64,000 nt of DNA, taken from Eledone cirrhosa. Lineage: Eukaryota. The notes under the pieces were generated by a model, which worked only from the letters and a program-made list of their open reading frames with translations, did no database searches and was not told the DNA's origin. Positions 1-15,267 of the stretch are shown here, one piece after another. Within the stretch, counting starts at the first letter, position 1. Each line of letters starts with the position of its first letter. The DNA is taken from NCBI GenBank assembly GCA_964016885.1, contig OZ024740.1, positions 27,032,001 to 27,096,000 on the forward strand, read 5' to 3'. Made by a program: the position numbers and the translations under genes.

Positions 1-760
1 AAATGATGTAGTAGATGTGGTAGTTGTGGAAGTTGTGGTTGCAGTAGGAGATCTGGTTGTAGCATTTACTGTGGTTCTGATGTGGTAGTTATATTTGACA
101 GTGTGGTTGTGGTTATAATTGTGGTTGTGGTTATAATTGTGGTTGTGGTTATAGTTGTGGCTATGGTTGTGGTTGCGGTTATAGTTGTGGTTGTGGTTAT
201 AGTTGTGGTTGTGGTTATAGTTGTGGTTGTGGCTATAGTTGTGGCTATGGTTGTGGTTGTGGTTATAGTTGTGGTTATTGTTGTGGTTGTAGTTGTGGCT
301 ATAGTTGGGGTTATAATTGTGGTTGTGGTAGTGGTTGTGGTTGTGATATCGGTTGTGATTGTGGCTGTAGTGGCGGTTGTGGTAGCGGTTGTGATTGTGG
401 CTGTGGTAGTGGTTGTGGTAGTGGTTGTGGCTGTCGTAGTTGTGGTAGTGGTAGTAGTGGCTGTGCTTTTGCTAATTGTTATAATATTGTTTTTATGATT
501 GTAATTTAGTTTGAAGTTGTAATTGTGGTTATGATTTAAATTGTAGTTGTGGTTGTGGTAGTGGTCGTGGCTGAAGTTTTAGCTGTGGTGGTGGTGGTGA
601 TGTTGGAGGTGGTAATGGTGGCGGTGACAGTGGAGGAAGAGGAGGAGTGGGAGGAGAGGGTGATAGTGGGGGAAGTGGTAACAGCAATGGTATTAGTGTC
701 GTGGTGTTAGTGTCGTGGTATTAGTGTCGTGGTGTTATGTGTCGTGGTATTAGTGGCGTA
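1..760. repeat. (GTG/GTT)n low-complexity tract ending in a 14-bp repeat ggtattagtgtcgt
   Basis: Visible trinucleotide and hexanucleotide periodicity; 14-mer x5 at 688-757. Confidence 0.9.
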
Positions 761-1057
761 GGAATTATTGGTATTGATCATGCTGCTGGTCAGATATTAG
801 TAGACGTATGAGCAAAGGTATTCTATCCGTGACCGTCCCGTTATTTGTGCATATCAGTAAACACATTATTCAATATGAACTTCCTTTTCCTTCAAATGTT
901 TCGAAGAATTATTTGACCGCTCTTTTTAGCATGTCGAGCAACCAGGTGTAAGCACTTGTAATGTTAGCTTTAATGATGGAATTATATTGACGCAGAAATA
1001 TGATTAGAGGTTTCTAGTTGTGTTCATGCCGCCATTTCAGTAGATATCGCTACATTA

Positions 1058-1251
1058 CTGGCAGTATCAGTAGAGCGTCGAATAACCTGCTTAGTGTCAT
1101 ATAGTTATGGTTCTTTATGTTCTGGGTTAAAATCTCGCCGATGTTAGCTTTGCCTTTCATCCTTACGGATGTTACCCACCGGGGTCGATTTAGTCGACAT
1201 TCCCTTTGTGCCTAAATTGCTGGCTTTGTGCCTAAATCAGAAACTATTATT
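1058..1251 (+). mobile_element. SINE family 1 copy
   Basis: tggcagtatcagtagagcgtcg..tttgcctttcatccttacgg..cctaaatcagaaac; partial copies also at about 2029-2140 and 10692-10801. Confidence 0.75.
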
Positions 1252-3325
1252 GAAATGTGTTTTACATTTTTAAAGGAGCATTGGTGAGAGATATGGGGGA
1301 TATTTAAGTGGATATTTCTAGCATGTCAAGAAACTGCGTAGAGGGCCAAACTCAGGAATTTTGCAAATATTTTCAGTGTCTCCTTCACCTCATATCCAAG
1401 ATTTCCACGATGAGCAAACGAGCGAGCCTCTATGGGGTTCACTTAATCTACTAGAAATAAAAACCAAATATTCATTAAAACCCTTAATATTTGAATAAAG
1501 GAAAAAAGAAAAGAAATCAGTGGATTATGTAGTGTCTAGATAAAGGGTGGATGGTTAGGGTTAGACGGTATTTGATAGCCTGCTGGAATATAGCTGAGTT
1601 AGCGCTAACACAGCATTACAAAACAACTAAAATGTAAAGCATACATAGCAACAAGAGCAACAATAAAAGCTAATTAAGTGGGGAGAGTGTGGAGGTGATG
1701 AATGTCAGTGTGGTGATGTTTATTCATGTGCGGTTCAGTGAGGGCGGTGATGACAATGTTTCTTTAGTAATAGAATGGTGTTAATGTTTGTAGTGGTTGT
1801 GATGATGATGATGAAGACAGTGTTAATGTTGAATGTGACGACGACATTGCTGATGATGACAATGACAAGTTTGATGACGACTAAGACGACCATGATGATG
1901 GTGATGACAAAACGACACCAAAGAGGATAATGATGAATGCGACGCCGATACTGATGACGAAAATTATTATTATTATTTCCATCGTAGAGCACCTGACAAT
2001 GTTTTGCGACATATAATTACGGCCCTTTAGTTCAAATCCCGCCGAGGTTCGCTTTGCCTCTCATCCTCACCGGGTCAATAGAATAAAGTACCAGTAATGT
2101 AATGAGGTTGATTCAATCGACTCTCTCCTTCACTTGAAATTATTTAAACTTTAACAATATTAGAAATACCATCTACGACAAAGAACCACACCGCCACTAC
2201 TGCCATCCTTACTGCAACTATCACTACCATTACTACTACAACTACGACTACTACCACTACCATTACCTCCATCACCTTAACTGGCACTAATACAATCATT
2301 ACCTCAACCACCAGCACCATAACTTAACTCCACTACTACTATTACTATGACAACTACCACCATAGCCATTAATACCACCACCAATGCTACAACCCTCACT
2401 ACAACCATATCTACTACTGCCACCACAACAGAGAATAACACACCCTTGTCAATTAAATAACAGGTGAAGGAAACATTGAAACGATGGTCATATTTGGATT
2501 GCCTTTAATCATAAGATCGCTCTATGTTCGTGTTAAACAACATCAATAGCAACAAGAATACTAATACTTACATCATTAACAAGATGAACGACGAGGTGTC
2601 AGAAGAGCTTCTCCATGATCACCGAGTATGCTAAAAATAGCAACCCAATCTCCTCCAATTCACAAAATAGTGTCTTACAAATTGAAAGAATACATTGTTA
2701 ATGAGACGGTTACTCCATCGGTGATGAGCTAAGATTAACAACAATATTTATACATAAGTATAGTTACTTATGTATAACAACAACGACAAATGGATTGGTA
2801 TTTCTATATTTGTGACACTCCATCAGCGATAACCCAGGGTTAATTAACCAGCCAGCAAATTGCTTCTATGTAGTTTTTCAATATGCTAGCAATAGATGGA
2901 AGTTCACCTTCAATGTTCCTCTTAAAATGAAAGGATACTAAATCCAGAGTAGATTAAAGATATATGACGGACTAACGGAACTATAAGAAAATGTTAATAG
3001 GAGTTAATACAACTACTGTACGGCGTTTCCGTTATTACTGTTGCCGTCTCAGAAGGCAGACTGCTACTACTGCAGCAATTGCAGCTGGTGATGCTGCAGT
3101 TGTTGGTGCTACTGTTAACACTAGTACTGCTACTGGTGCTGGTGCTGGTTGTGGTTGTTGTTTTGGTGGTGATGATGTTGGTGGTGCTGGTGCTGCTGCT
3201 GATGATGATGATGGTGGTGCTAGAATTATTAGTAACGATGGGGATGATGGCGGTAGTGTTGATGATGATGATGATAGGTCTGGTGCTGTGGTAGAGGTGG
3301 TGATGGTAGTGGTGGTGGTGTTGGT

Positions 3326-4120
3326 GGTGGGGATGGTGGTGGTGGTGATGGCAGTGGTGGTGCTGATGCTAGAGTTATTAGTGACGGTGGGGATGGGGGT
3401 GGTGGTGATGGCAGTGGTGGTGCTGATGCTAGAGTTATTAGTGACGGTGGGGGTGGTGGTGGTGGTGACGGCAGTGGTGGTGCTGATGCTAGAGTTATTA
3501 GTGACGGTGGGGGTGGTGGTGGTGGTGATGGCCGTGGTGGTGCTGATGCTAGAGTTATTAGTGACGGTGGGGGTGGTGGTGGTGGTGATGGCAGTGGTGG
3601 TGCTGATGCTAGAGTTATTAGTGACGGTGGGGGTGGTGGTGGTGGTGATGGCCGTGGTGGTGCTGATGCTAGAGTTATTAGTGACGGTGGGGGTGGTGGT
3701 GGTGGTGATGGCAGTGGTGGTGCTGATGCTAGAGTTATTAGTGACGGTGGGGGTGGTGGTGGTGGTGATGGCCGTGGTGGTGCTGATGCTAGAGTTATTA
3801 GTGACGGTGGGGATGGGGGTGGTGGTGATGGCAGTGGTGGTGCTGATGCTAGAGTTATTAGTGACGGTGGGGGTGGTGGTGGTGGTGATGGCAGTGGTGG
3901 TGCTGATGCTAGAGTTATTAGTGACGGTGGGGATGGGGGTGGTGGTGATGGCAGTGGTGGTGCTGATGCTAGAGTTATTAGTGACGGTGGGGATGGCGGT
4001 GGTGGTGATGGCCGTGGTGGTGCTGATGCTAGAGTTATTAGTGACGGTGGGGGTGGTGGTGGTGGTGATGGCCGTGGTGGTGCTGATGCTAGAGTTATTA
4101 GTGACGGTGGGGATGGGGGT
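3326..4120. repeat. 60-bp minisatellite, about 13 near-identical units
   Basis: Unit tgctgatgctagagttattagtgacggtgggg(a/g)tgg..gatggc(a/c)gtggtgg. Confidence 0.97.
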
Positions 4121-4149
4121 TATGATGATGATAGTAGTGAAAGTAATGT

Positions 4150-4194
<45 letters not shown>

Positions 4195-4519
4195 CAGTGG
4201 TAATAGTAGTAGTAGTAGCAGAAGTAGCAGCAGTGGCGGCTATGTTTGTGGTGGTGCTGGTCGTGGTCGTCGTGGCGGCAGTGGTGTTCGTAATCGTCAT
4301 CATGGTAGAGTGTCGATGGTGTTTATAGCACTGCTGCTGCTGCTGCTGCTGCTGCTAATGCAGCTGCTGGTGGTAGTGGTGGCGGTGGCGGTGATTGTGG
4401 TGAGGCGCAGGCCACTAATTATATTTCGATTTTCTTTGTTCGTGCCAACTGGTCCATCTGACCATTTCACCCTCGTCTTAATTAGGGCGTGTAATATCTG
4501 TCTGTGTATGTGTGTGCGC

Positions 4520-4628
4520 GTGTGTAGCGTGGGTAGCGTGTGTAGCGTGTGTAGCGTGTGTAGCGTGTGTAGCGTGGGTAGCGTGTGTAGCGTGTGTAGC
4601 GTGTGTAGCGTGTGTAGCGTGTGTGGGT
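4520..4628. repeat. 9-bp tandem repeat (gtgtgtagc)n
   Basis: About 12 units. Confidence 0.9.
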
Positions 4629-4740
4629 AGCGAAAAAATGGGTGTAGATAGTATGTATGTAGCATATGAATAACATACGTATATGCATGCATATATATAT
4701 ATCATATATAATTTATTTATATATATATATATCATATATA

Positions 4741-4844
<104 letters not shown>

Positions 4845-5602
4845 TATGTATATATATATATATAATATATATATATCATATATAATTTTTATACATATAT
4901 ATCTCATACATAATTTATATATACATATATGTGTGTGTGTGTATGTTTCTGTGTCTCTCCCTCTGTGTGTACATACGTGAATGTATGTGTGTGTGCATGT
5001 GTATATATGTGAGTGCATGCGTGTGTATGCATGTGCCAGTATATCAGTTCCTCTCTGTAAGCACGTTTCAACGGACAGATGGTGTGTACAGGAAAAAATG
5101 GCGTCTGCTTGAATTGGTGAGGCTGGGCAATGCTGAATGGCCGCATAGGAAACTGTATTTGGATGGATAGACACACGGACACACAGGCACACAGGCAGAC
5201 AGACACATGTACATGCAGATGAACAGGCAGGCAGACATACAAGTAAGTGTTCACACACATCTGTGTATCTGCTTCAGCATGTATGCATCAATATTTGTGG
5301 GCTTGTATTTGTATGTGTGTGTGTGTGTGTGTGTATAACGGCGAAAGCTATACGCGTCGGTTAAAAAAAAAACGAGAAAATCGTAGAAGAAATATATATC
5401 TTGCAGTATTTAATCCGCCCAAGCTTCAAAGATTTTGCTACTCTCATAGTCGTAAAAGTGTTCTGACCCTGTAATATTCCTGGTGGAAACCTGTAACCAC
5501 CAACGCTACTGTTAACAGAATACAGGATATAAAAGTATATATACCAAAGTCTCACTCCTCTTCTATCTATCTATCTATCTATCTATCAATCGTCTCTCTC
5601 TA

Positions 5603-5637
<35 letters not shown>

Positions 5638-6210
5638 TTGTGTGTGTGTGTGTGAACTTACCAAATACTATTCATAGAAGAGCTTTTGTACTTCTTTGTG
5701 GTTGTATACGCCTATACATGCTTATAAATAACGCGCCATACGCGCAGCCTTTTCACTCACACACGCACACACACACACACATACGCACACACAGACATAC
5801 AGACACACATACACACTCACTCATATATATAATATACAGTAATGGTCTGAATGTTGTGGTATTAGATAACAATTAATGTTCTCTTCTGGTGAATACTATT
5901 ACTCCATCTTGTTAATTTATAAGAAAAGCTATGTTCTGGTATGTTGAAACTAATAATTCCAATATTTAGCTTCTAATAAAAATATGGGAGTAATCTGGAA
6001 ATAAGAAAGAACGGTGTGCACATACGTAACTGACTGCAAAGTTGACTGTCCCCACTGAATATGAACCTGAAGATTGCGAAATCATGAAAGAACTTGTTCA
6101 ATTATTTCTAACATTGAATATTCTACCATACTATTTCATTATAATATCATTATAGTTTTAAAGTATCGTAAATAAAACGAGTAAATCAGACAAAGTTGGA
6201 ACTCCTTTTT

Positions 6211-6382
<172 letters not shown>

Positions 6383-6452
6383 GTGTGTATGTATGTATGT
6401 ATGTATGTATGTATGTATGTATGTATGTATGTATATATATATAATTATAGTC

Positions 6453-6536
6453 CTATAGGACTAGAACTGTTTCATTCGTATGGAATCATCGGGAATGATT
6501 TCATATGAGTGAAACAGTTCTAGTCCTGTAGAAGCC
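6453..6536. mobile_element. Fold-back hammerhead element, family B
   Basis: Inverted arms ggactagaactgtttca / tgaaacagttctagtcc; core degenerate. Confidence 0.65.
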
Positions 6537-6673
6537 AGTTCTGCATTAAATAATGATGATTACACTCGATTTCACTTGGAATCTATCTATCTCTGTGATA
6601 GGTAGTTATACTATTCAAATAGAACACACAAGTTCTTATCTGAATATGTCACTATCTGTAAACCAACTTTTGT

Positions 6674-6732
6674 ATTTTATCTTGTGAGAGCGTACTAAAA
6701 TGTTGGTAACCTTGAAATATATATAATAAAAT
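6674..6732 (+). ncRNA. Degenerate hammerhead motif (family A)
   Basis: attttat CTTGTGA gagc-gtacta..tggtaa-cctt GAAA tatata TA ataaaat; same downstream tail as the 9618 and 59767 copies. Confidence 0.55.
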
Positions 6733-6764
6733 AAATATGGTTTTATAAAGATAGCTTCCATTTA

Positions 6765-6866
<102 letters not shown>

Positions 6867-8015
6867 CGAGAAAGAGAAAGAAAGATGCGTTAAATTGTTG
6901 CAGTCGGGGTATATAGAGCTACGTGAAGGGTTGAAATATTTGAGGGTATATGTGATAGGAAAAGTGAAGAAGGAGGAATCGATAGAAGAAAACGAGTAGG
7001 AAGAAAGTGTGTATCACGATAGTGGAAGGAAATATTCTAAGAAATTTAGTGGAAATTGAAGCTGTGATGTATGGTTAAACTAATTGTATATCAACTTACT
7101 TGTACAGTACTAGGCTTGTTTCCTACCAACATAATCATCATCATCATTACTGTAATCCTCTTGAGTAAAACTGGGAACATTTTATTGAAACAACCTAGCT
7201 AATAACACGAGAGTACACACATACATACACACGCATTCACGCATACACACACTTACACACATACACACACACTCACACACATACACACACTCACACACAT
7301 ACACACTCACACACAGGCACACATACACGCATACACACATACACACACTCACACACATACACACACACACACTCACACGCATACACACATACACACACTT
7401 ACACACATACTCACACACAGGCACACATACACACTCACACACAGCCACACACACACACACATACACACACACTCACACACATGCACACACACACTCACAC
7501 ACATACACACTCACCTCACACACATTCACACACACACTGACACTCACACACAGGCACACTCACACACAGGCACACACACACACACACTGACACACATACA
7601 GACTCACACACACAGGCACACACACACACACACTGACACACATACAGACTCACACACACATGGCAGATACGAGGTTCAATTACACATAGCGTCACATGGC
7701 AATTTTCTCCGTAGTTCATAAGTTCTTGTATAGTGTCTCCACGTGTGTGGAGTGTACACTTTATATAATACATATATATCAAACACACACACACACATAT
7801 ATATATATACGGGGGGGGGGGGGGCGGAGAGAGAGAGAGGGGGAGTAAGAGAGTATTTGGTGCTGAGGCCAAGGAGACCACTAATCATGGGAGTACTCCA
7901 TGTATCGGCAGATACAGAGTGGGTGTAGAGATAGGTAAAAATCCCCGAAAACACAGGACGAAATGACTTGGCGCCGCGGTCGGAATTTCACCTGTCATTC
8001 TCTCTCTCTCTTTAA

Positions 8016-8072
<57 letters not shown>

Positions 8073-8190
8073 GGAATATACAAGAGAGATAAACACAAAT
8101 ATAAACATAGATGCGTTCGAATTGTAAAGGACCAAGTTCACTAGGCTGAAAAATATACTAACTATATATATATATAACTATATATCTATA

Positions 8191-8243
<53 letters not shown>

Positions 8244-8365
8244 AAACTCTACCCCCTTCCCCCCACCCCACCCGGCCTTGCTTTCTTCTTATTCTCACTC
8301 CATTTTTAAGCCTAACTTAACTACCAGCTACACAGCCATCCTATTCTCCAAATATATATATATAT

Positions 8366-8550
8366 AACAAAGGAATTGTGGTAAGGAACCAGATGGACCA
8401 TAACGCACCAGAGTACTCAATACTTAGGGTAGTAGAGTGGGAAATAGGAAAATATTTGACCCCGACGGCACAGCTCAAGCCGTTTCGACAGTCCAGAAAT
8501 AGCCGTCGAAGCGGCTTGAGCTCTGCCGTCGGGGTGATACTGTTTCCTAT
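8366..8550 (-). mobile_element. Fold-back element, family C (half-hammerhead), in (TA)n
   Basis: Arms carry GAAA cggc-ttgagct..-gccg TC; shared ~80 nt tail aaggaaccagatggacca..gtagtagagtggg. Confidence 0.75.
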
Positions 8551-9246
8551 ATATATATATATGTGTGTATAGGTGTGACTACAAACACGAGATTGACGTA
8601 CATGTCTACTCCCACGAATAGGTTTGGTAATGCATAAGTACGACAGACTATCAATATATATATATATAGGGGGAGGGGGTTCAGGTAGAATAGGTGCGAG
8701 AGGGGGACGGGGGAGAGAGGGAGAGACAGGGGAAGATAGAGAGATTGCCAAAATGGAGGTGTTGTTTGTTTCAAATGAATTGGGTGAAAGGAGGAGCGAA
8801 TACAAGAGGAGTGGCAGGAGGGGAATTGTGTCAAAGGTGAAAAGGAGCGAAGGTGGAGGTGGAAAAGATGGTGAGAGAGGCAATGGCTGAACAGGGGGGT
8901 GGGAATAGTGGGAGGATAGAGCAGCTAAAAAGGTAAGGAGAAGGAGGAGAAGAAAAGGAAGAAGGAGGAGAAGAAGAAGAAGAAGAAGAAGAAGAAGAAG
9001 AAGAAGAAGAAGAAGAAGAAGAAAGGCGACGTAGCCCAAGTTTACATATAAATATATATATATATATATATTTATTCAATGAATAAATCAAAGAATGAGT
9101 TTTACAATAGATTGGTGGTGGTTGTAGTGGTGGTAGTGGTGGTTGTGGTGGTGCTGGTGATAGTGGTGGTGGCAGTAGAGGTGGTAGTCACTAGCATGAC
9201 TGAATCTTAACCATCTACTATGTAAGGGTATGTCATGCATCATCTT

Positions 9247-9311
9247 ATTTTATTTGATGAGGACGTACTGTGGAAGTTAACTCAGTACCTCTGAAATATG
9301 TATAATAAAAT
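9247..9311 (+). ncRNA. Hammerhead motif (family A), core C>T
   Basis: attttat TTGATGA ggac-gtactg..cagtac-ctct GAAA tatgta TA ataaaat. Confidence 0.65.
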
Positions 9312-9351
9312 ATACTTGATCACAAGAATATCTATTTTGTTAATATTTTGA

Positions 9352-9405
<54 letters not shown>

Positions 9406-9490
9406 AGAAGTTCTATTTAAATTGTTGGGATACAACAAGCAAATATTTTTATAACTGAAATAAAGCACTCAACAAATTATTGGAGTAAAA

Positions 9491-9726
9491 ATACGATATA
9501 TCAACAAATGGAAACTACATTTATAAAACCATATTTATTTCATTATACATATTTCAAGGACACCAAGTTAAATTATGGTTTATGTCAATATTTATTTATA
9601 AAACTGATCTATATTATATTTTATCTGATGAAAGCACACCATAATTTAACTTGGTGTCCTTGAAATATGTATAATGAAATAAATATGGTTTTATAAATAT
9701 AGTTTCCATTTGTTAATATATCGTAT
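9491..9726. repeat. Inverted repeat around a family A hammerhead
   Basis: Arms 9491-9579 and 9638-9726. Confidence 0.85.
9618..9680 (+). ncRNA. Type-I hammerhead motif (family A)
   Basis: attttat CTGATGA aagc-acacca..tggtgt-cctt GAAA tatgta TA atgaaat. Confidence 0.75.
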
Positions 9727-11546
9727 ATATATATATATATATTTATATATTTATGTGTGTGTGCTGTTTTATTGTCTAACATAGCTGAGACCTTCACAGA
9801 CACAATTTTCATTAAACTTCACAGAATATCCTCGTCCTTCTTATCTCTTAACTTTACCAATCTCTCTCTAAAAGATCTCACTACCACCTCTCTCTCTCCC
9901 TTTCTCTCTTTTTATATACATACACACACAAACATACAATACACACACACACACACATATACACGCGCACACGCATACACACACACATATATATACACAT
10001 ACATACGCAGACACACACACACGCGCGCAGACACGTATATATATATATATATACATACACACACACGCACACACATACATATCCATGCACATACACACAT
10101 ACACACACATATATATATATATATATATACACATACATACGCAGACATACGCACGCACACACACACACACACGCACGTATATATACATACACACACACAC
10201 ATACACTCCATGCTCACACACACACACACACACATATATATGTATATACACATACATACGCAGACATACGCACACACACACGCACACATGTATATATTTA
10301 TACACACACACGCACACACATACACACACATGCACACACACACATACGCAAACACACATATATATATATATATATATATACACATACATACGCAGACATA
10401 CACACTCACACACACGCACACACGTATATATATATATATACATACACACACACGCACACACATACACACACATGCACACACACACATACGCACACACACA
10501 CACACATATACATATATGTATATATACATACATCTACACAACCTTTTCCTCTATATTACTATCTCTCATCTTGTCAACATCTCTAGCTGTCGAATGTAAC
10601 GTCCAATATGGCCGACATTAAACGTGACAAACTCAAGAACGATAACTTTCCTCACTGTCATTCCACAAATATGTTGTGTAACGCACCATCTGATTTCAAA
10701 TCCCGCCGAGGTTAACTTTGCCTTTCATTCTTACGGGGTCAGTACCAGTAATGTCCTGGAGGGTAATTGCTGGCCTTGTGCCAACGGTAGAAACAATTAT
10801 TAAAACTATCATCTAACATATCTACCACCACTACTGCCACCACCACAACCACCACTACCACCACTACAACCGCCGCCACCACTACAACCACCGCCACCAC
10901 TACAACCACCACCAGCACTACATCCACCACCACAATCACCACAACCACCACCACCACAATCATAACCAGCACCACCATCACCAACACCACCACCAACAAC
11001 AACAATAACAGTCACTAATATATATATATACCGCTCACTACTTCCTCCACTCACTCTACCACAACTAACATTATCACGATTCTCACCGCCAAAACCACCA
11101 CCAACACCACTACCACCACCACCAACAACAACAACAACACCACCACCACCACCACCACCACCACCATCGACACACACACAAAGATACATACACTCACACA
11201 TACATACACATACATACAGACACACACACAAAGATACATACACACATACAGATACATACTCATATACAATCAGTATAAAAGCTACCACGACATTTGTGTC
11301 ACCGTATACTGAGCGGTGCCACAAATGAACGCCATTGATCTTAAAATATAGCACTCAATACTCACTCTCAACGGCAACTGGCTAGATACAACAGCCAATA
11401 TCTGTAATATATAATATAATATATATCTAATAATACAATTTGTATTTAAGAAATTTGCTTCAGAATCGTGTTTCAGGGTTCTATTCCGACGTACGCCATA
11501 TTGGTCACGTGTTGAACAATGCCTTTCCTGTAAAGCTCTACGACCA

Positions 11547-11632
<86 letters not shown>

Positions 11633-12519
11633 TCACACACACAGACCTACGTGAACTTAGGTATGTGTGGTTATCTTCAATAGTTAATAAAAAATATCTT
11701 TTCAAGTCAAGTGTGCGCATGGCTGTGTCTATGTTTAACCGTGCCCGCGTAGTTAAATAATTTGTATCGTATTCGTCATACCGCACGTTTATTCTCGCTT
11801 GGTGGCTTTTGGACAAGTCATTTCTCATATAACCTCGGGTTTAGTCAAGCCTTGTGAGGGGTTTTTGTTAGCTGGAATTTGTGTGAAAACCCTTCGGATG
11901 GAATGTACCTATAAATCAAATGGTGTGATATGTCACTTCATCAGGTGAACCCCGGCTGATTACTATATTAAAGAATCCACGTGTGTGTGCGGATACTCGG
12001 TCACGTTCGCTATTATACAATATAGACTATACCAGTAATTCGAAAGGGTCGGCTTGGTGAAACGCTGTGTTATGGTTTCGCTTGAGAATTTACATTAAAA
12101 TTACACATATCTGTAGATTATTAAACCAATTTCATTAAAATATAAAATTATTTGTATCTGTTATTCAAAAGGCATTAACATACACTTTGTCCTGCTGTCT
12201 TTTCCTGTGGTTTACTTTAAGATTACGCGTGTCTGTGAAAAATTCAGCCACCTTCACTATAAATCAAATGGATTGAGCCTATAAACCAAAGATCCTTTAC
12301 ACATACATACACGGACCGCTTGGTTATACACGAGGATTACGTTAAGGATATTCTACGGAATAGTCAAGCACTTATAAAGGATCTAAAGATGTATTTATAT
12401 TTATTTGAGGCGTCTCTGTACGTGTTTCCGTATGGGTACAATGATATTATGAAGGATCAATTCGAAAAGTATGTAATATAACGGCGTTTGTTTCCAACAA
12501 ACGTGACATTCATGTGTTT

Positions 12520-14025
12520 AGGGTGGATAAAATAAAGTAGCAGTGAATTAGTGGGAGTCTGATGATTTATCTCGCTCTCCCAAAATAACTGTAGTCTTTT
12601 GTCCATATAATTATCATTATTCGAATCCTGCCGTGGGTAACTTTACCTTTCATCCTTACGGGGCCGATAAAATAAAGTACCAGTAATACACTGGTAATTG
12701 CTGGCCTTGTGCCAAAAGTAGAAACAATTATTACTAGTCAAGGGCGGTGGATTGGCAGTATCGGTAGAGGGTCGGGCACCATGCTTTACAGCATAGAGTT
12801 ACTGCCCTTTACGGTATGAGTTAAAATCCTGCCGAGGTTAACTTTGCGTGTCATCCTTACGGGGGTCGATAAAATAAAGTATCAGTCACGCACTGGGGTA
12901 ATTGCTGGCCTTGTGCCAAAAGTAGAAACAATTATTATGAAAGCATGGAGGGTTGGTAGATTGGCAGTATCGGTAGAGCGTCGGGCAACATGCTTTGTGT
13001 TATTCGTTCCGAATCTCTGCCCTCCGAGTTTAAATGATGCCGTGGTTAACTTTGCCTTTCATCCTTACAGGGTCGATAAAATAAAGTATCTGTAACATAC
13101 TGGAGTCGATTTAATCGACTTTCCCCCTTTCGCCAAAATTGTTGGCCTTGTGCTTAAATCAGAAACCATTGGTGGATTGGCAGTATCGGTAGAGGGTCGG
13201 ACGCCATGCTTTCCAGCATAGTTACGTCCCTTTACGATCTGAGTTCAAATCCCGCCGAGGTTGGCTTTGCCTTTCATCCTTACGGGATCGATAAAATAAA
13301 GTACCAGTAATGCACTGGGTAATTGCTGGCCTTGTGCCTAAAGTAGAAACAATTATTATGAAAGCAGGGCATAAGAACAGAAATGTCATGTAATGTAATA
13401 TTTATTAACCTTCCTTTGAGAACTGAGTTCAAATCCCATCAGGTTCAATTTTCAATTCATCCTCCCTCGGTAAAGTAGTACCTGTCCAAAAACTGGAGAC
13501 GATTTAAATACATTGTTGAGTTTTCAATAAAATGTCATACCTTGTATCTATGCTAAAATCATTTCTTTCGGGCGGTGTGTTGGTGAAATCTTTATGGTGT
13601 CGGATAAAATAATTTCCGGCATTTAGTTACGACCCCTTACCTTCTGAGTTGAAATCCCGCCAAGGTCAGTTTTGCCTTTCATTATTAGGGGGTCAATGTA
13701 ATAGAACGCCATTCAAGAAATGGGTGTCGGTGTAATCGACTTTTCCATGCCCTAAAATTGTTGTTTTGTGCCCAAGTTACAAACTGTTAATATAGTAATT
13801 ATTATTGTGGTGGATTAGCAGTCTCGTTAGAGCGTTGCACGACATATTTTGCGGCTTATAGTTACGTCCCTTTACATTCTGTGTTCAAATCCCGCCGGGG
13901 TTAGCTTTGCCCTTCGTCCTGATAGGTTGATAAAATAAAGCAACAATAATACACTGGGGTCCATTTAATCGACTTCCCCTCTCCCAACATTGCTGGCCTC
14001 GTGCACAAATCAGCAAACATTATGA
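12520..14025 (+). mobile_element. Head-to-tail array of about 8 tRNA-derived SINEs (family 1)
   Basis: Repeated A-box-like tggcagtatcgg, B-box gagttcaaatcc, core tttgcctttcatccttacggggtcgataaaataaagtaccagt and tail gaaacaattatt. Confidence 0.85.
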
Positions 14026-14882
14026 TTACTAATTTCAAGCTTCCATCGTCCCCACGTCATTAGATACGTCACCCCTTACACCATCAATAGCAGAGTTATT
14101 CCTTTGAAGCTTACATAGCCTCCACCCCCTCCTTTTCAACAACAAAACTCGAGCTGCTCCATGTTTAATTCACACATTCCCCTCCCCAATCTCCACAAAC
14201 AAATCGATAATATTTCCACTGTCAGTACCAACACACACACACCCAGCCTCACCACACGGCGTCCATTACCACCACCCTCACTACTAAACATGTACACCAT
14301 TACTACCACCACACACACCACCACCTTCACCGGCAACATCAACAACGGTGTCGGCACCATTACATACTTACACCAGTCGTCGTCACTCTTACACAAACTC
14401 ATCTAACCAGCCAATCAACCAACCAACCAATTAACAACCAGCCAACCAACCGACCCCCTGTCTTACAACACCAACCCGTCCATCGATCGATCGAACCGTC
14501 ACGCATCCATCCAGCCACCCATCCTTCTCCCCATTCTAGCCAGCCATCCCATTCATCACTTCATCAAATCCGTTCCCTTAACCGTCCCGCTACCAACCGG
14601 TTAGCCGGAAGCACAGACAAGCAGTCAGAGTAACAGACAGACGGAAAGTCACACAGACAGACAGGCGAACCGATAGACCGCCGTCAGACTGACAGACCGT
14701 CAGACAGGCAGGTTAACCGACCGGTAGAAACCATTCAGTAGAGTATTATGCATTGGACCGGTACAGGCAGTGTTTGGGGATTTTACTCGAGTTGCGTACT
14801 GCTAGAAGGAAAACACGTATAGCTACCATAGGCATTCATCTCTCTATATCTTGTTGACGATCATCATTATTATTTTTACTCT

Positions 14883-14936
<54 letters not shown>

Positions 14937-15028
14937 GAATATATACGGATATATATGCACATATATATATACATACACACACACATATATATATATACAA
15001 ATATATATATATATATATATATATACGA

Positions 15029-15061
<33 letters not shown>

Positions 15062-15082
15062 TATATATATATATATTTATTA

Positions 15083-15113
<31 letters not shown>

Positions 15114-15175
15114 TATATGTTTCGTTTCTGAACCTCCCAAAGTATAACAATATATATATGTATATATATTTATTA

Positions 15176-15267
<92 letters not shown>

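Noticed and set aside
82-498. Poly-Val membrane-protein-like ORF
   Set aside because: (GTG/GTT)n simple repeat with no domain
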